DNA of 64,000 bases from Escherichia phage vB_Ec-M-J: sequence record OQ718158.1. The stretch is one strand, 5' to 3'. The number at the start of each line of letters is the position of its first letter. Position 1 is the stretch's first letter. Both the position numbers and the translations under genes were made by a program. Shown here one piece after another: positions 32,115 through 40,714 of the stretch. Below the pieces are notes generated by a model. It saw nothing but the letters and a program-made list of their open reading frames with translations. It searched no databases and was not told the origin of the DNA.

Positions 32115-33626
32115 ATGAAATCTATGGAGAGAAATCAAATGCCAGGTCAATTTACTGATAAAAATGGCGGGAACATGGCAGGTCACTCTGATAAATGGAG
32201 TGAACGCAATCGTCGTCAAAATAGCTACCAAGCAGGACAGGGGTCACGTGGTTCACGTAATCAAGGGACAGGTTTAGCTGGTAAGGCAAACGCAGAAGCA
32301 GGTGAAGTTAAGAGTACTGAGAACATGACTGAGCTAGAAAAGCTACGTTATGTTAACTCATTAGGTCTTCTTAACGCAACACAGAAACAACGCCTTGCTG
32401 ATATGGAACGTGCTGAGAAAGAACAAGAAGTTCCTAAAGAAGAACCAAAACCAGAAGCTCCTAAAGCAGCTAACCCTGTTAAAGAGTTATCTGATAACTT
32501 AGGTAAGATCTTTGCTAACAAACCACAGTTGATTCAGGGTATTGTCAAAGCACTACAGGCAGTTCCTAAAGAAGAACTCAAAGGTAAAGCACAAGCTGTA
32601 CTTGATGCAATGAAAGGTAATAAGAGCACTGAACCTACTGAAGTATTCAGTACTATCATGCGTGCACTTGAAGGTACACACAAAGAAGATTCCAAAGAAC
32701 CTGAACAGGGTGAAGCAAGTCTTGATGGTATTCTTAAAACTTTTGATAGTATTGGTAAAGCAGACCGTGCTAATGCCCAGCAAGTCAAGAATGTACTGGC
32801 TAAACTTGAAAACCGTTTAGAAGGTAAAGATGATAAGGTTAAGCTCGTATCAGATGCAGTTAACAGTGCACTTAAATCTTATGTACAAGGTGAGAAAAGT
32901 CGCTTCGTAACAGCTATGGATGCTGCATTCAACACTATGAAAAAGTATGAAGCAGAACATGGTGAGAAAGTGACACCTGATGGATATCTACTACGTAAAG
33001 ATGAAGAAGGTGCAGTTGAACAGAAAGATGTTGAGCCTGAGCAAGAAGATCTACCTGATACCGTTGATATGGATGGATACATTCATCGTCCTGAGATGGA
33101 AGAGTTTGGGTCAGATAAAGAAGGTTTTGAACATGCAATGGCAGTATATAAAGCATTAGTTAAAAATCCAGATTATGCTAACCGTTTTGTTGACGAGTTT
33201 GATAGTGCATGGAATAACTACAAAGAGAAAGGTTATGATTTCCCTGCTGAAGCTGCATTCTTTGAACTTGGTAAACTATTAGCTAAACATGGAATTGACG
33301 TTGGTTCATCTGATTCCGAAGGTATGGAAGAAGAACATCTTGAAATGACTGATAAATCAATTCATGAACTTCAAAAGTTAATGATGTGGATATCCGAGAT
33401 TGGTAAAAAAGCAGGTGCTGATAGTAAAAGTATCAACAAAAATATTAGTTGGATTAAAGATAATGTTGGTAACAATGCTCGTAAACTTCAAAAGGCTTGG
33501 GCTGATTTAGTAAATGGTGCAGATGATGTTGACATTGAATCACCAGAAGCATATGAGTATGCACTAACTACACTTGATAACTCATTCAAAGAGTACGACC
33601 GTGGTGTTGGAAAGGATAAAAAATAA
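32115..33626 (+). CDS. hypothetical charged Lys/Glu-rich protein (503 aa) with SLGLL motif
   Basis: Long ORF; RYVNSLGLLNAT motif; start codon uncertain. Confidence 0.65.
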   Translation: MKSMERNQMPGQFTDKNGGNMAGHSDKWSERNRRQNSYQAGQGSRGSRNQGTGLAGKANAEAGEVKSTENMTELEKLRYVNSLGLLNATQKQRLADMERAEKEQEVPKEEPKPEAPKAANPVKELSDNLGKIFANKPQLIQGIVKALQAVPKEELKGKAQAVLDAMKGNKSTEPTEVFSTIMRALEGTHKEDSKEPEQGEASLDGILKTFDSIGKADRANAQQVKNVLAKLENRLEGKDDKVKLVSDAVNSALKSYVQGEKSRFVTAMDAAFNTMKKYEAEHGEKVTPDGYLLRKDEEGAVEQKDVEPEQEDLPDTVDMDGYIHRPEMEEFGSDKEGFEHAMAVYKALVKNPDYANRFVDEFDSAWNNYKEKGYDFPAEAAFFELGKLLAKHGIDVGSSDSEGMEEEHLEMTDKSIHELQKLMMWISEIGKKAGADSKSINKNISWIKDNVGNNARKLQKAWADLVNGADDVDIESPEAYEYALTTLDNSFKEYDRGVGKDKK

Positions 33627-33635
33627 ACATTTAAA

Positions 33636-33667
33636 AGGTTGACTTCGGTCAACCTTTTTTTGTAAAT
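33636..33667 (+). promoter_or_regulatory. PeSL-like cassette (weak -10)
   Basis: aggTTGACTtcggtcaacct hairpin plus T-run; -10 only GTAAAT. Confidence 0.45.
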
Positions 33668-33697
33668 ATTGTAGAGGGTTTTATAAGAGGTAATGCA

Positions 33698-33949
33698 ATG
33701 TTTAAATATGTTTTATTTTCACTTGTATTGTTTACTGATATAGTTTATAGTACTGAATACCAGTGCTCCATTGCTAGACAGGAGTTTAGAAACGGTGAGT
33801 TCTATACCAAGTCTTACACTAGAGGATTGGTACATGACAATAATAAAACTATAGGGTTCAATGCATTTGATAACAAAGATCGATATACGTCTGGAATACT
33901 ATCTGAACGTAAGTCTGATATACTAGGTATCGAGCGTGAATTCCGGTGA
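33698..33949 (+). CDS. hypothetical secreted protein
   Basis: Hydrophobic N-terminus. Confidence 0.5.
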   Translation: MFKYVLFSLVLFTDIVYSTEYQCSIARQEFRNGEFYTKSYTRGLVHDNNKTIGFNAFDNKDRYTSGILSERKSDILGIEREFR

Positions 33950-33959
33950 CACGGTTGCA

Positions 33960-34310
33960 ATGTGTAATGATATTGAGAGTACTAAGAAAGTATATACTAA
34001 TGGTGAAAATACTTTTAGATTCCACAATCTTACTACTAATGAAAGTTTATACTTCTACAACTGTAAAGAGTTCATTAAACCTGTGGATAACTCATGTGAT
34101 ATGCCGGAGCCAAAAGCTGCTGTATGTGAGGAACCACAATCCAAAGCTGACAAAGATTCAAAAGATAAGAAAGACAAAGCTGACAAATCGGATAAAAAAG
34201 AAAACAAAAAGAAAGCTAAAGATGATAAAGATAAAAAGTCCCCTAAGCCAAATCCATTTGAAAAGCCAAAGAATGAAAAGCCAAAACCAGACATGACATG
34301 TAAAATATAA
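33960..34310 (+). CDS. hypothetical Cys-containing protein with Lys/Asp-rich tail
   Basis: ATG at 33960; low-complexity KDKKDKADKSDKK tail. Confidence 0.45.
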   Translation: MCNDIESTKKVYTNGENTFRFHNLTTNESLYFYNCKEFIKPVDNSCDMPEPKAAVCEEPQSKADKDSKDKKDKADKSDKKENKKKAKDDKDKKSPKPNPFEKPKNEKPKPDMTCKI

Positions 34311-34317
34311 AAGAAAA

Positions 34318-34350
34318 GGGTTGACTTCGGTCGGCCTTTTTTGCTATAAT
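34318..34350 (+). promoter_or_regulatory. PeSL-like promoter/UUCG-hairpin cassette
   Basis: gggTTGACTtcggtcggcc hairpin, T-run, TATAAT, conserved leader catttcatcaact. Confidence 0.6.
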
Positions 34351-34376
34351 CATTTCATCAACTACTGGAGGCAAAC

Positions 34377-34790
34377 ATGTTAAAAGTTATTTTCCGTTCT
34401 ATCAGTTCATTACTTCTTATGATTAGTTCAGTTTGTTATGCAAATGAAGTATCTGATTTATTTGAGAAGAATTACCCAACTGCACAAGAGATGGGTGTTT
34501 TAAAATGCAAGCTAACTTCGTACAACATCATCGGCAGTAAACTTGTACTAGAACATGAACGTAGTACACCAATCCCTCTAGTAGAAGAAGGTAGTACCTT
34601 TAGCTTCAAGTACGGGGTGAACGTAACATCTGGTGTAATGAACAATGTTGATGCAGAGACTGGTTCAACATGGAGTACTAGCGGTAAAGATGTGTTTCAT
34701 CGTATGCGTGAAAATGGTAAACTGAAGTACGTATATGAAAGTTCATTCATGAAACGTGTATTCATTATAAAAAATTGTGTACCAGCATAA
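34377..34790 (+). CDS. hypothetical secreted protein
   Basis: GGAGG SD; signal peptide. Confidence 0.6.
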   Translation: MLKVIFRSISSLLLMISSVCYANEVSDLFEKNYPTAQEMGVLKCKLTSYNIIGSKLVLEHERSTPIPLVEEGSTFSFKYGVNVTSGVMNNVDAETGSTWSTSGKDVFHRMRENGKLKYVYESSFMKRVFIIKNCVPA

Positions 34791-34801
34791 GGAACAACAT
34801 C

Positions 34802-35077
34802 ATGCGTTCATTTGAAAACTTAATAGGTAAACTTCGCTTACAAGAAATTGAAGCTGATGTGAAGGAATTATCTGAAACTAAGAGTTACATTCATTTAGAT
34901 GAACTGTTTATTAAGTACGGTGAGATTGGTTTTAAGTCATTATTTGTGTTTGTCATGAAGGTGCATAGTTTAAAGTACTTTGATTTGAGTTCAAAAGACG
35001 GACAACCAAATCTGTATTACATGTATTATCTTAAGAACATAGACGAAGCTAATACATTATTCTTAGAATATATGTAG
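34802..35077 (+). CDS. hypothetical protein
   Basis: ATG at 34802 after AAGGAAC. Confidence 0.5.
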   Translation: MRSFENLIGKLRLQEIEADVKELSETKSYIHLDELFIKYGEIGFKSLFVFVMKVHSLKYFDLSSKDGQPNLYYMYYLKNIDEANTLFLEYM

Positions 35078-35086
35078 GGGTAAAAA

Positions 35087-35425
35087 ATGGAACAACATTT
35101 TGAATTAATTAATAAGGTATCATTTTATGTAGTATCATTAATTTGGGTGTATTACATGTTTTGTTACATTATTGCATTCTTCCGATACACGACCTTGTAT
35201 CAACGCATATACTACGATGCACCCATTTCATTTATGATGTTCTGTGCATGTACGTGGGGGATAATTGAAGCACTGGTATGTGGATATAGTACTGACGAAT
35301 TAAATCTCGTATCGGGGTTGACATTACTAACAATTGCCATTATGATAGCTACTGTTCCGATATTTTTGCTCTTTAAACTGCTTCATCGTATCGATGAGTG
35401 GCGTAATAAAATCCCTGAAAAGTAA
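35087..35425 (+). CDS. small 3-TM membrane protein, family copy A
   Basis: Three hydrophobic helices; C-terminal WRNKIPEK. Confidence 0.6.
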   Translation: MEQHFELINKVSFYVVSLIWVYYMFCYIIAFFRYTTLYQRIYYDAPISFMMFCACTWGIIEALVCGYSTDELNLVSGLTLLTIAIMIATVPIFLLFKLLHRIDEWRNKIPEK

Positions 35426-35434
35426 GGATTGATA

Positions 35435-35776
35435 ATGATTTTTTACACTAATGCGTTTGCTTATGCCGTTGCATCAATCTACATTGTGTACTTCTTATTT
35501 GGTGGAGTACTGTACTTCTTTAAGTACAAAACATTGTTTAACCGAATGTATCCAAATCACCCAATTGTAGTAGTACTTTTGATGATTTCTGTTGCTCACA
35601 TCATTGTAGAAACAATAATGGGTATCAGTGCAGTACATTACAGTCTAGGTACTATTGTGATTATTACTATGATCATCGCATACATTTTAGTAATGGGTTC
35701 TGGTTTATTTGGGAATGTAGCAATGAAATTGTATAATCGAATTAAAACCTTACGTGATAATCTACCGGAGCGTTGA
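35435..35776 (+). CDS. small 3-TM membrane protein, family copy B
   Basis: C-terminal LRDNLPER; tandem to copy A. Confidence 0.6.
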   Translation: MIFYTNAFAYAVASIYIVYFLFGGVLYFFKYKTLFNRMYPNHPIVVVLLMISVAHIIVETIMGISAVHYSLGTIVIITMIIAYILVMGSGLFGNVAMKLYNRIKTLRDNLPER

Positions 35777-35777
35777 G

Positions 35778-36122
35778 ATGTATAATTTAAATTTAATCTC
35801 ATATATCATAACAACACTGTTTACTTTCTATACCTTTGTCGGTATACTCCTACTGTACTTTAAATTTTATAAACTCTTTGACCGTTTATATCCATCATTG
35901 GAACATGAATTCTTATTGGTGATGTACATCTGTTTAACGTGTATGTCTACATTTTTCACTGTATTTGATGGTATCATCGGTATTAAAGCTGAAGATCCAA
36001 ATGGCAGTACACTTGTTGCCTTTATCCTGGTAGGATTCTTCGGTACTTATATCACTTTCATTTCAACATGGTCTGTGGTTGATTATCTCATTAGATTACG
36101 AGATAAAATGCCAAATCGATAG
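35778..36122 (+). CDS. small 3-TM membrane protein, family copy C
   Basis: C-terminal LRDKMPNR; ATG 2 nt after upstream stop. Confidence 0.6.
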   Translation: MYNLNLISYIITTLFTFYTFVGILLLYFKFYKLFDRLYPSLEHEFLLVMYICLTCMSTFFTVFDGIIGIKAEDPNGSTLVAFILVGFFGTYITFISTWSVVDYLIRLRDKMPNR

Positions 36123-36131
36123 GGGATTGCT

Positions 36132-36389
36132 ATGTTTGCATTGCGTAATAAAAATACAAAAGAGATTCTATGTATCTCAACAGTATGGGATTGTGCAGGA
36201 AGTGAAATGATCCTCGAAGAAGGTTCAGGTGATTGTGTTTATGTTGTTCATGATCGTCGCGAACTGGAATCATTACTTGATGAATTTAATGCTGGTGGAA
36301 ATCCTAAAAGTACTCAATTCCCTGAGATCAGGAATCCAGCACCACCAGGCTCTTATGAAATTCTACAACTGTGGGAGATGGATAAGTAA
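36132..36389 (+). CDS. hypothetical protein
   Basis: 85-aa ORF. Confidence 0.55.
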   Translation: MFALRNKNTKEILCISTVWDCAGSEMILEEGSGDCVYVVHDRRELESLLDEFNAGGNPKSTQFPEIRNPAPPGSYEILQLWEMDK

Positions 36390-36769
36390 TGCGACAAATG
36401 CACAAAGTAACCGAGCTAAACAAGCGTCTGATTAAACAATCAATGTTTGAGGATAAAGAGTCTTACTATAACTTCAAACGTGCTGTAGAGGCTGCTATCC
36501 ACATTCAGAAGCTTAAAGATAGTGGATGTATTATTCTCGAAAATGGTTCTGACGTTGTTACTGATGACTTCAGTGTAGCGTTTGATGTTTCACCTGATGG
36601 TTCGCTATCAATGCCACGCTTAGGGACTGGTGACATGACTGTGTGGGTAGGTTTCACTATGGGGAATGTACCAGGCACGGTGTATGTAGATGATGCTGAG
36701 TTGAAAGAAAGCTTTAAAAACTTATCGCATCTTGAACCACAATACGCACATGAAATGAATTTATTTTGA
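36389..36769 (+). CDS. hypothetical protein
   Basis: TAATG coupling. Confidence 0.55.
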   Translation: MRQMHKVTELNKRLIKQSMFEDKESYYNFKRAVEAAIHIQKLKDSGCIILENGSDVVTDDFSVAFDVSPDGSLSMPRLGTGDMTVWVGFTMGNVPGTVYVDDAELKESFKNLSHLEPQYAHEMNLF

Positions 36770-36770
36770 G

Positions 36771-36799
36771 TTGACAAACTCATTCAGTACTGTATAATG
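36771..36799 (+). promoter_or_regulatory. sigma70-like promoter with cagtactg spacer
   Basis: TTGACA-N17-TATAAT followed by gtttatcaa. Confidence 0.6.
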
Positions 36800-36845
36800 T
36801 TTATCAAGGGGATGAACTTCTCATCCCCACAATCGAGGAATTGTC

Positions 36846-37400
36846 ATGATTACTTTTAAGAAAACTGCTAACCACATCCATGAGATCTACATTAACGGTC
36901 ACAAAGCTGGCCTTCTTCGTTTACTCGCCCATCATCCGAATATTACCGTATCTGATAATGAACCTAAAGATTGGCGTGTATTTTTCTTTGGAAAGTACAG
37001 TGATTTTCAAGTATCAAACCTGAAGAACATTCGTTCAGTATGCACGTTAACTGAAATTAAAGAAAAGTTAACCAAAGCATTGAAAACTAATCCAGATGGT
37101 GTTCTTCCACCTGATAACTTTGTAGAGAAAGGATATGCCTTAGCTCATTTCAAAGATGGTACTATTCAATCTATCAGTACTGAATATGAATATCAATGGA
37201 CTGAGTACTTCACTTATGGATCGCGTAATACATTGATGGCTTCACGTAGTAAATTGGAAGAAGTACTGACTCGTATGAATGAACGCGAGCGTCAGTACTA
37301 TGACAAACCAGAAATGTGGAGTTCAACTTACATTGACCGTATTGACTATGTTATTATGACTCCAATCTTTGACACTGCTTACTATGATTCTTTGAAATAA
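36846..37400 (+). CDS. hypothetical protein
   Basis: CGAGGAA SD; 184 aa. Confidence 0.65.
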   Translation: MITFKKTANHIHEIYINGHKAGLLRLLAHHPNITVSDNEPKDWRVFFFGKYSDFQVSNLKNIRSVCTLTEIKEKLTKALKTNPDGVLPPDNFVEKGYALAHFKDGTIQSISTEYEYQWTEYFTYGSRNTLMASRSKLEEVLTRMNERERQYYDKPEMWSSTYIDRIDYVIMTPIFDTAYYDSLK

Positions 37401-37411
37401 GGATAACTTAT

Positions 37412-37588
37412 ATGAAACTACGTACTCGTAATCGACTGATGGATGCACTGTACCATGAACAGCTTTCACTGAATGAAGTGAAGCGACAGTTAATGTACAC
37501 ATATCTGTTACCCGCTCGCATTGCAAAACAACGTGCTAAAGAATTGCTGAAAGAAGCAATCGAGTACTGGGAATCTGATTCGTACTAA
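37412..37588 (+). CDS. hypothetical small basic protein (58 aa)
   Basis: AAGGA SD; below track cutoff; the overlapping antisense track ORF is rejected. Confidence 0.45.
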   Translation: MKLRTRNRLMDALYHEQLSLNEVKRQLMYTYLLPARIAKQRAKELLKEAIEYWESDSY

Positions 37589-37616
37589 TTGTCACGTTAA
37601 TTAAGTGAGGCGATAA

Positions 37617-37868
37617 ATGAAAATTTTATTAGTTCTAATACTACTAATTGTTTTACCATTTACGTTAGTATCCCCTGAACTTGCATGGAATGTGTTTGTG
37701 TACTTACTATGTACTATGATAGTAAATGGTATCTTGTTCTTAGTTCTATTCATAAATGGAATAGGACACGGTGGAGGATGGACCAGTACTGCTGATATTG
37801 TACATAAAACCACTATGTCTTTATTTGTAGTGTGGAATTTATTCTGGACTTGGTTTGTGTTCTTCTAA
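37617..37868 (+). CDS. hypothetical membrane protein
   Basis: GAGG SD; TM helices. Confidence 0.55.
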   Translation: MKILLVLILLIVLPFTLVSPELAWNVFVYLLCTMIVNGILFLVLFINGIGHGGGWTSTADIVHKTTMSLFVVWNLFWTWFVFF

Positions 37869-37878
37869 TTAAAAAAAT

Positions 37879-38250
37879 ATGAATATAGATTTGAAAGGTG
37901 CAACACGAACTGTCATACTCATTGGGGAATATGCTATCAAGATTCCAACCTTTAAAAGTTGGAAGCTATTCTTAACAGGGATGATAGCTAACCTCAATGA
38001 ACGTTCGTGGATGCAGTACTCCAAGCGTAGTGATACTGGTATCTGTCCTACTTTGTGGTCATCATGTACTGGACTAGTAACTGTACAGAAACGTTGTAAG
38101 CCAGTACAACATAGGGGTTTATTTTGGGTGGAGTTGTGTGCTTTAGCATTGAATTCAGAGTTAAGTACTGACTTCTTCTATTCAGATGCGAAGCCAGAAA
38201 ACTTTGGGTATCTGTGTGGTAAGTTGGTTAAACTTGATTATGGAGATTAA
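37879..38250 (+). CDS. hypothetical protein
   Basis: 123-aa ORF. Confidence 0.5.
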   Translation: MNIDLKGATRTVILIGEYAIKIPTFKSWKLFLTGMIANLNERSWMQYSKRSDTGICPTLWSSCTGLVTVQKRCKPVQHRGLFWVELCALALNSELSTDFFYSDAKPENFGYLCGKLVKLDYGD

Positions 38251-38251
38251 T

Positions 38252-38521
38252 ATGTACGCATTGTATAATAAAGAAAAGAAACGATTTGCTAAGGTTGAAA
38301 TTTCGATTGATACATTTGATATGTTGGAGTACTGTATTGTAACGGACTTATATGCTAACTTGTATTACGTTCTTGATGACGTATCAGTACTGCAACGATT
38401 GCTTGAGAATTCCAAAAGTCAATGCCAGGGCATCCATGATGGTTCATCTTATGAAACACCTGAGTGTTCCTACGGCTATCTGGACGGGTATGAGATTGTG
38501 AAGTTGGGGATTGTTGAATAA
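38252..38521 (+). CDS. hypothetical protein
   Basis: ATG at 38252 after GGAGA. Confidence 0.5.
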   Translation: MYALYNKEKKRFAKVEISIDTFDMLEYCIVTDLYANLYYVLDDVSVLQRLLENSKSQCQGIHDGSSYETPECSYGYLDGYEIVKLGIVE

Positions 38522-38533
38522 ATGGATTAAACA

Positions 38534-38947
38534 ATGAAGAAGTGTATCACGTGTAATATTGAAAAAGACATTAGTGAATTTGGTATAAGAAGTGATACTG
38601 GGAAACATAGAAATACATGCAAAGGTTGTAGTAATATTACCAGTAAGAAAACCAGAAATAAAAAAACTGATGTCAAAAAACTTGAAGAAATCAAAAGAAA
38701 AAATAAAGATTTCATGACCAGAGTTAAATCATTTTATGGTTGTAGTGTTTGTATGATGAAGTATCCAGAATGTTTAGACTTTCACCATCTTGACCCTAAT
38801 ACCAAAGAACATACACCAAGTTCTATGTTCAGTAAAAGTCGAGATGCTATCAAAGATGAAATTCGAAAGTGTATGATTCTTTGTTCTAATCACCATCGCA
38901 TGGTACATTCTGGTAGACTATGTTTGATTGAAAGAAAAAAGGGTTGA
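38534..38947 (+). CDS. HNH homing endonuclease
   Basis: CxxC pairs plus DFHHLDPNTKEH...ILCSNHHRMVH; stop codon lies within the -35 of the next cassette. Confidence 0.7.
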   Translation: MKKCITCNIEKDISEFGIRSDTGKHRNTCKGCSNITSKKTRNKKTDVKKLEEIKRKNKDFMTRVKSFYGCSVCMMKYPECLDFHHLDPNTKEHTPSSMFSKSRDAIKDEIRKCMILCSNHHRMVHSGRLCLIERKKG

Positions 38948-38973
38948 CTTCGGTCAGCCCTTTTTGCTATAAT
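38941..38973 (+). promoter_or_regulatory. PeSL-like promoter/UUCG-hairpin cassette
   Basis: gggTTGACTtcggtcagccc hairpin, T-run, TATAAT. Confidence 0.65.
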
Positions 38974-39001
38974 CATTTCATCGAAACGAGAGGATGAATA
39001 C

Positions 39002-39517
39002 ATGACACGCATTAACTTAGTACACGTTAAAGAACTTGCTGACCAACATCTGATGGCTGAATATCGTGAACTCCCACGTGTGTTTGGTGCTGTACAAAAA
39101 CATGTTCAAGCACGTAAGCGAGTCCGTGATTTCAAAATTAACAGTACTTACCTGTTAGGTTCAGGTCATGTAACATTCTTCTACAACAAGTTATTGTACT
39201 TACAGAAGCGTCATATTGATATTGTTAACGAATGTTTGCGTCGTGGTATGAAGATTCAAAACACTGAAGTAAACGACATTAGCGGATTCCCTGCTGAGTT
39301 TTGTAATGACTACGTACCATCGGAGTCAGAGATTAAAATGTCTCGTGAGCGTTTGATTGAGAAGCTCCAGATGAAGCCTACGTGGTATAAATTTACTGAC
39401 GTTGAACGCCCACAGTACGTTAAAGATATGCAGGACGTAAGTAGTAATATAGAATCTAGTACTGATATGTTAGACGAAATTGAAGAACAAATCAAAGATG
39501 AAATGAATAATTATTAA
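39002..39517 (+). CDS. denV: endonuclease V (pyrimidine-dimer DNA glycosylase/AP lyase), T4 DenV homolog
   Basis: N-terminus [35 protein letters not shown]...RVRDFKI...GHVTFFY closely matches T4 endonuclease V as recalled from memory. Confidence 0.8.
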   Translation: MTRINLVHVKELADQHLMAEYRELPRVFGAVQKHVQARKRVRDFKINSTYLLGSGHVTFFYNKLLYLQKRHIDIVNECLRRGMKIQNTEVNDISGFPAEFCNDYVPSESEIKMSRERLIEKLQMKPTWYKFTDVERPQYVKDMQDVSSNIESSTDMLDEIEEQIKDEMNNY

Positions 39518-39522
39518 AGGTA

Positions 39523-39540
39523 AGGGTTAACTTCGGTCAC
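39523..39540 (+). repeat. degenerate remnant of PeSL-like cassette
   Basis: gggttaacttcggtcac resembles the cassette hairpin but lacks T-run and -10. Confidence 0.35.
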
Positions 39541-39555
39541 ACAAAGGAACATAAC

Positions 39556-39750
39556 ATGTTATTAGTATATTCAAAGCGTTTCTGGATTTCTTTTATTGTA
39601 CTATCGCTTATCGGCTTCGGTGTGAGTATACTCTTTTCGTGGGATGAATTGGGTACATGGTATTATGAAGTTCCGTGGTACATGAAGATAGCTCCTTGTT
39701 ATGCGGCATTGTTCGTGTCATTCCTTATTGTTGTCTTCAGCGAGGATTAG
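39556..39750 (+). CDS. hypothetical membrane protein
   Basis: AAGGAA SD; two TM helices. Confidence 0.55.
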   Translation: MLLVYSKRFWISFIVLSLIGFGVSILFSWDELGTWYYEVPWYMKIAPCYAALFVSFLIVVFSED

Positions 39751-39801
39751 TTGATGTAGTAGGTGCTACACCAAAGTATTTGGATATTTGAGATATAAAC
39801 A

Positions 39802-39830
39802 TTGACACCTGTTCTATCTTTCTGTATTAT
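39802..39830 (+). promoter_or_regulatory. sigma70-like promoter
   Basis: TTGACA-N17-TATTAT. Confidence 0.5.
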
Positions 39831-39856
39831 GTACATCACCAAATGAGGAATACCAC

Positions 39857-40216
39857 ATGGCATCTTTAAGTGAAATCGCGGAATACAACCCACTAACAAT
39901 CTCAACAATTCAACGTACAAAAACTTTTTATTTCCGTCCTGCTGATGGATGGAAACGTGGAATGAATGGTGACTATCGAGTACTGGAAGATGCACTCGTC
40001 GAGCGTATCAACTCTGAACTACATAAGTATGAAGGTGTTAAAGTTGTGCGTTCAACTTCTCGTTATTTTGAGTACTACATTGAGTCTTCAACTGTAAATG
40101 AAAACTCATCATTCTCGGTGGATAACACTGATATTCTTCGCAATGCAGTTGGTCTGTTATGCAACATTGCTGAGGAAATGGGATTAACTATTACTACAAT
40201 GAGTGAATTAGAATGA
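39857..40216 (+). CDS. hypothetical protein
   Basis: GAGGAA SD. Confidence 0.6.
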   Translation: MASLSEIAEYNPLTISTIQRTKTFYFRPADGWKRGMNGDYRVLEDALVERINSELHKYEGVKVVRSTSRYFEYYIESSTVNENSSFSVDNTDILRNAVGLLCNIAEEMGLTITTMSELE

Positions 40217-40410
40217 TTAAAACTTTTATTCTTACTATGGTATTTGGGTCTTATGGGTATGGTGGTGGTGTAGCAACAGTTGAGTATCCATTATACGAAG
40301 ATTGTAAGGCCGCCGCTGAAGTGTTTGTAAAAACAACCAAAGATTTAGCAACTGTCACTGATGCAAAAGCTTGGTGTACAACTAAAAATACACCAGAAAC
40401 TAAGAAATAA
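40213..40410 (+). CDS. hypothetical secreted/membrane protein
   Basis: ATGA overlap; hydrophobic N-terminus. Confidence 0.5.
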   Translation: MIKTFILTMVFGSYGYGGGVATVEYPLYEDCKAAAEVFVKTTKDLATVTDAKAWCTTKNTPETKK

Positions 40411-40418
40411 AAAATAAA

Positions 40419-40451
40419 GGGTTGACTTCGGTCAGCCCTTTTTGCTATAAT
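40419..40451 (+). promoter_or_regulatory. PeSL-like promoter/UUCG-hairpin cassette
   Basis: Near-identical copy of cassette at 38941 and 41830. Confidence 0.65.
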
Positions 40452-40477
40452 TATTTCATCAACTGATGAGGTAACAA

Positions 40478-40714
40478 ATGAAACTATCTTTTATACGATT
40501 AGCTGAATTTTTCGGTACTAATGTAATTACTCTACAACAAATCGCAGATAATACATCATTAACTACTCAAGAAGTACTTGACTTAGATGTAATTCAGTGC
40601 GATAATACTTCCATCGATTACAAAGAAGGTCTTGTCGAAAAAGATAAGATTCAAGCTAAGATTAATGGTGCTGGACGGGTTCAGTACTGGAAAGGAGTTT
40701 TAAGTAATGTATAA
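40478..40714 (+). CDS. hypothetical protein
   Basis: GAGG SD in conserved cassette leader. Confidence 0.55.
   Translation: MKLSFIRLAEFFGTNVITLQQIADNTSLTTQEVLDLDVIQCDNTSIDYKEGLVEKDKIQAKINGAGRVQYWKGVLSNV

Noticed and set aside
32534-33156. Four minus-strand ORFs of 67-84 aa inside the 503-aa gene
   Set aside because: Antisense to a long well-supported plus-strand ORF; Ser/Cys-rich products typical of antisense reading of Lys/Glu-rich coding sequence.
33946-34296. 116-aa plus-strand ORF in an alternative frame, and the 79-aa minus-strand ORF at 34055-34294
   Set aside because: Both are alternative-frame readings of the low-complexity Lys/Asp-rich repeat of the 33960-34310 gene.
33698-34310. 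Programmed frameshift joining 33698-33949 and the downstream Lys/Asp-rich ORF
   Set aside because: No slippery heptamer or stimulatory structure was seen at the overlap; an independent ATG at 33960 is available.
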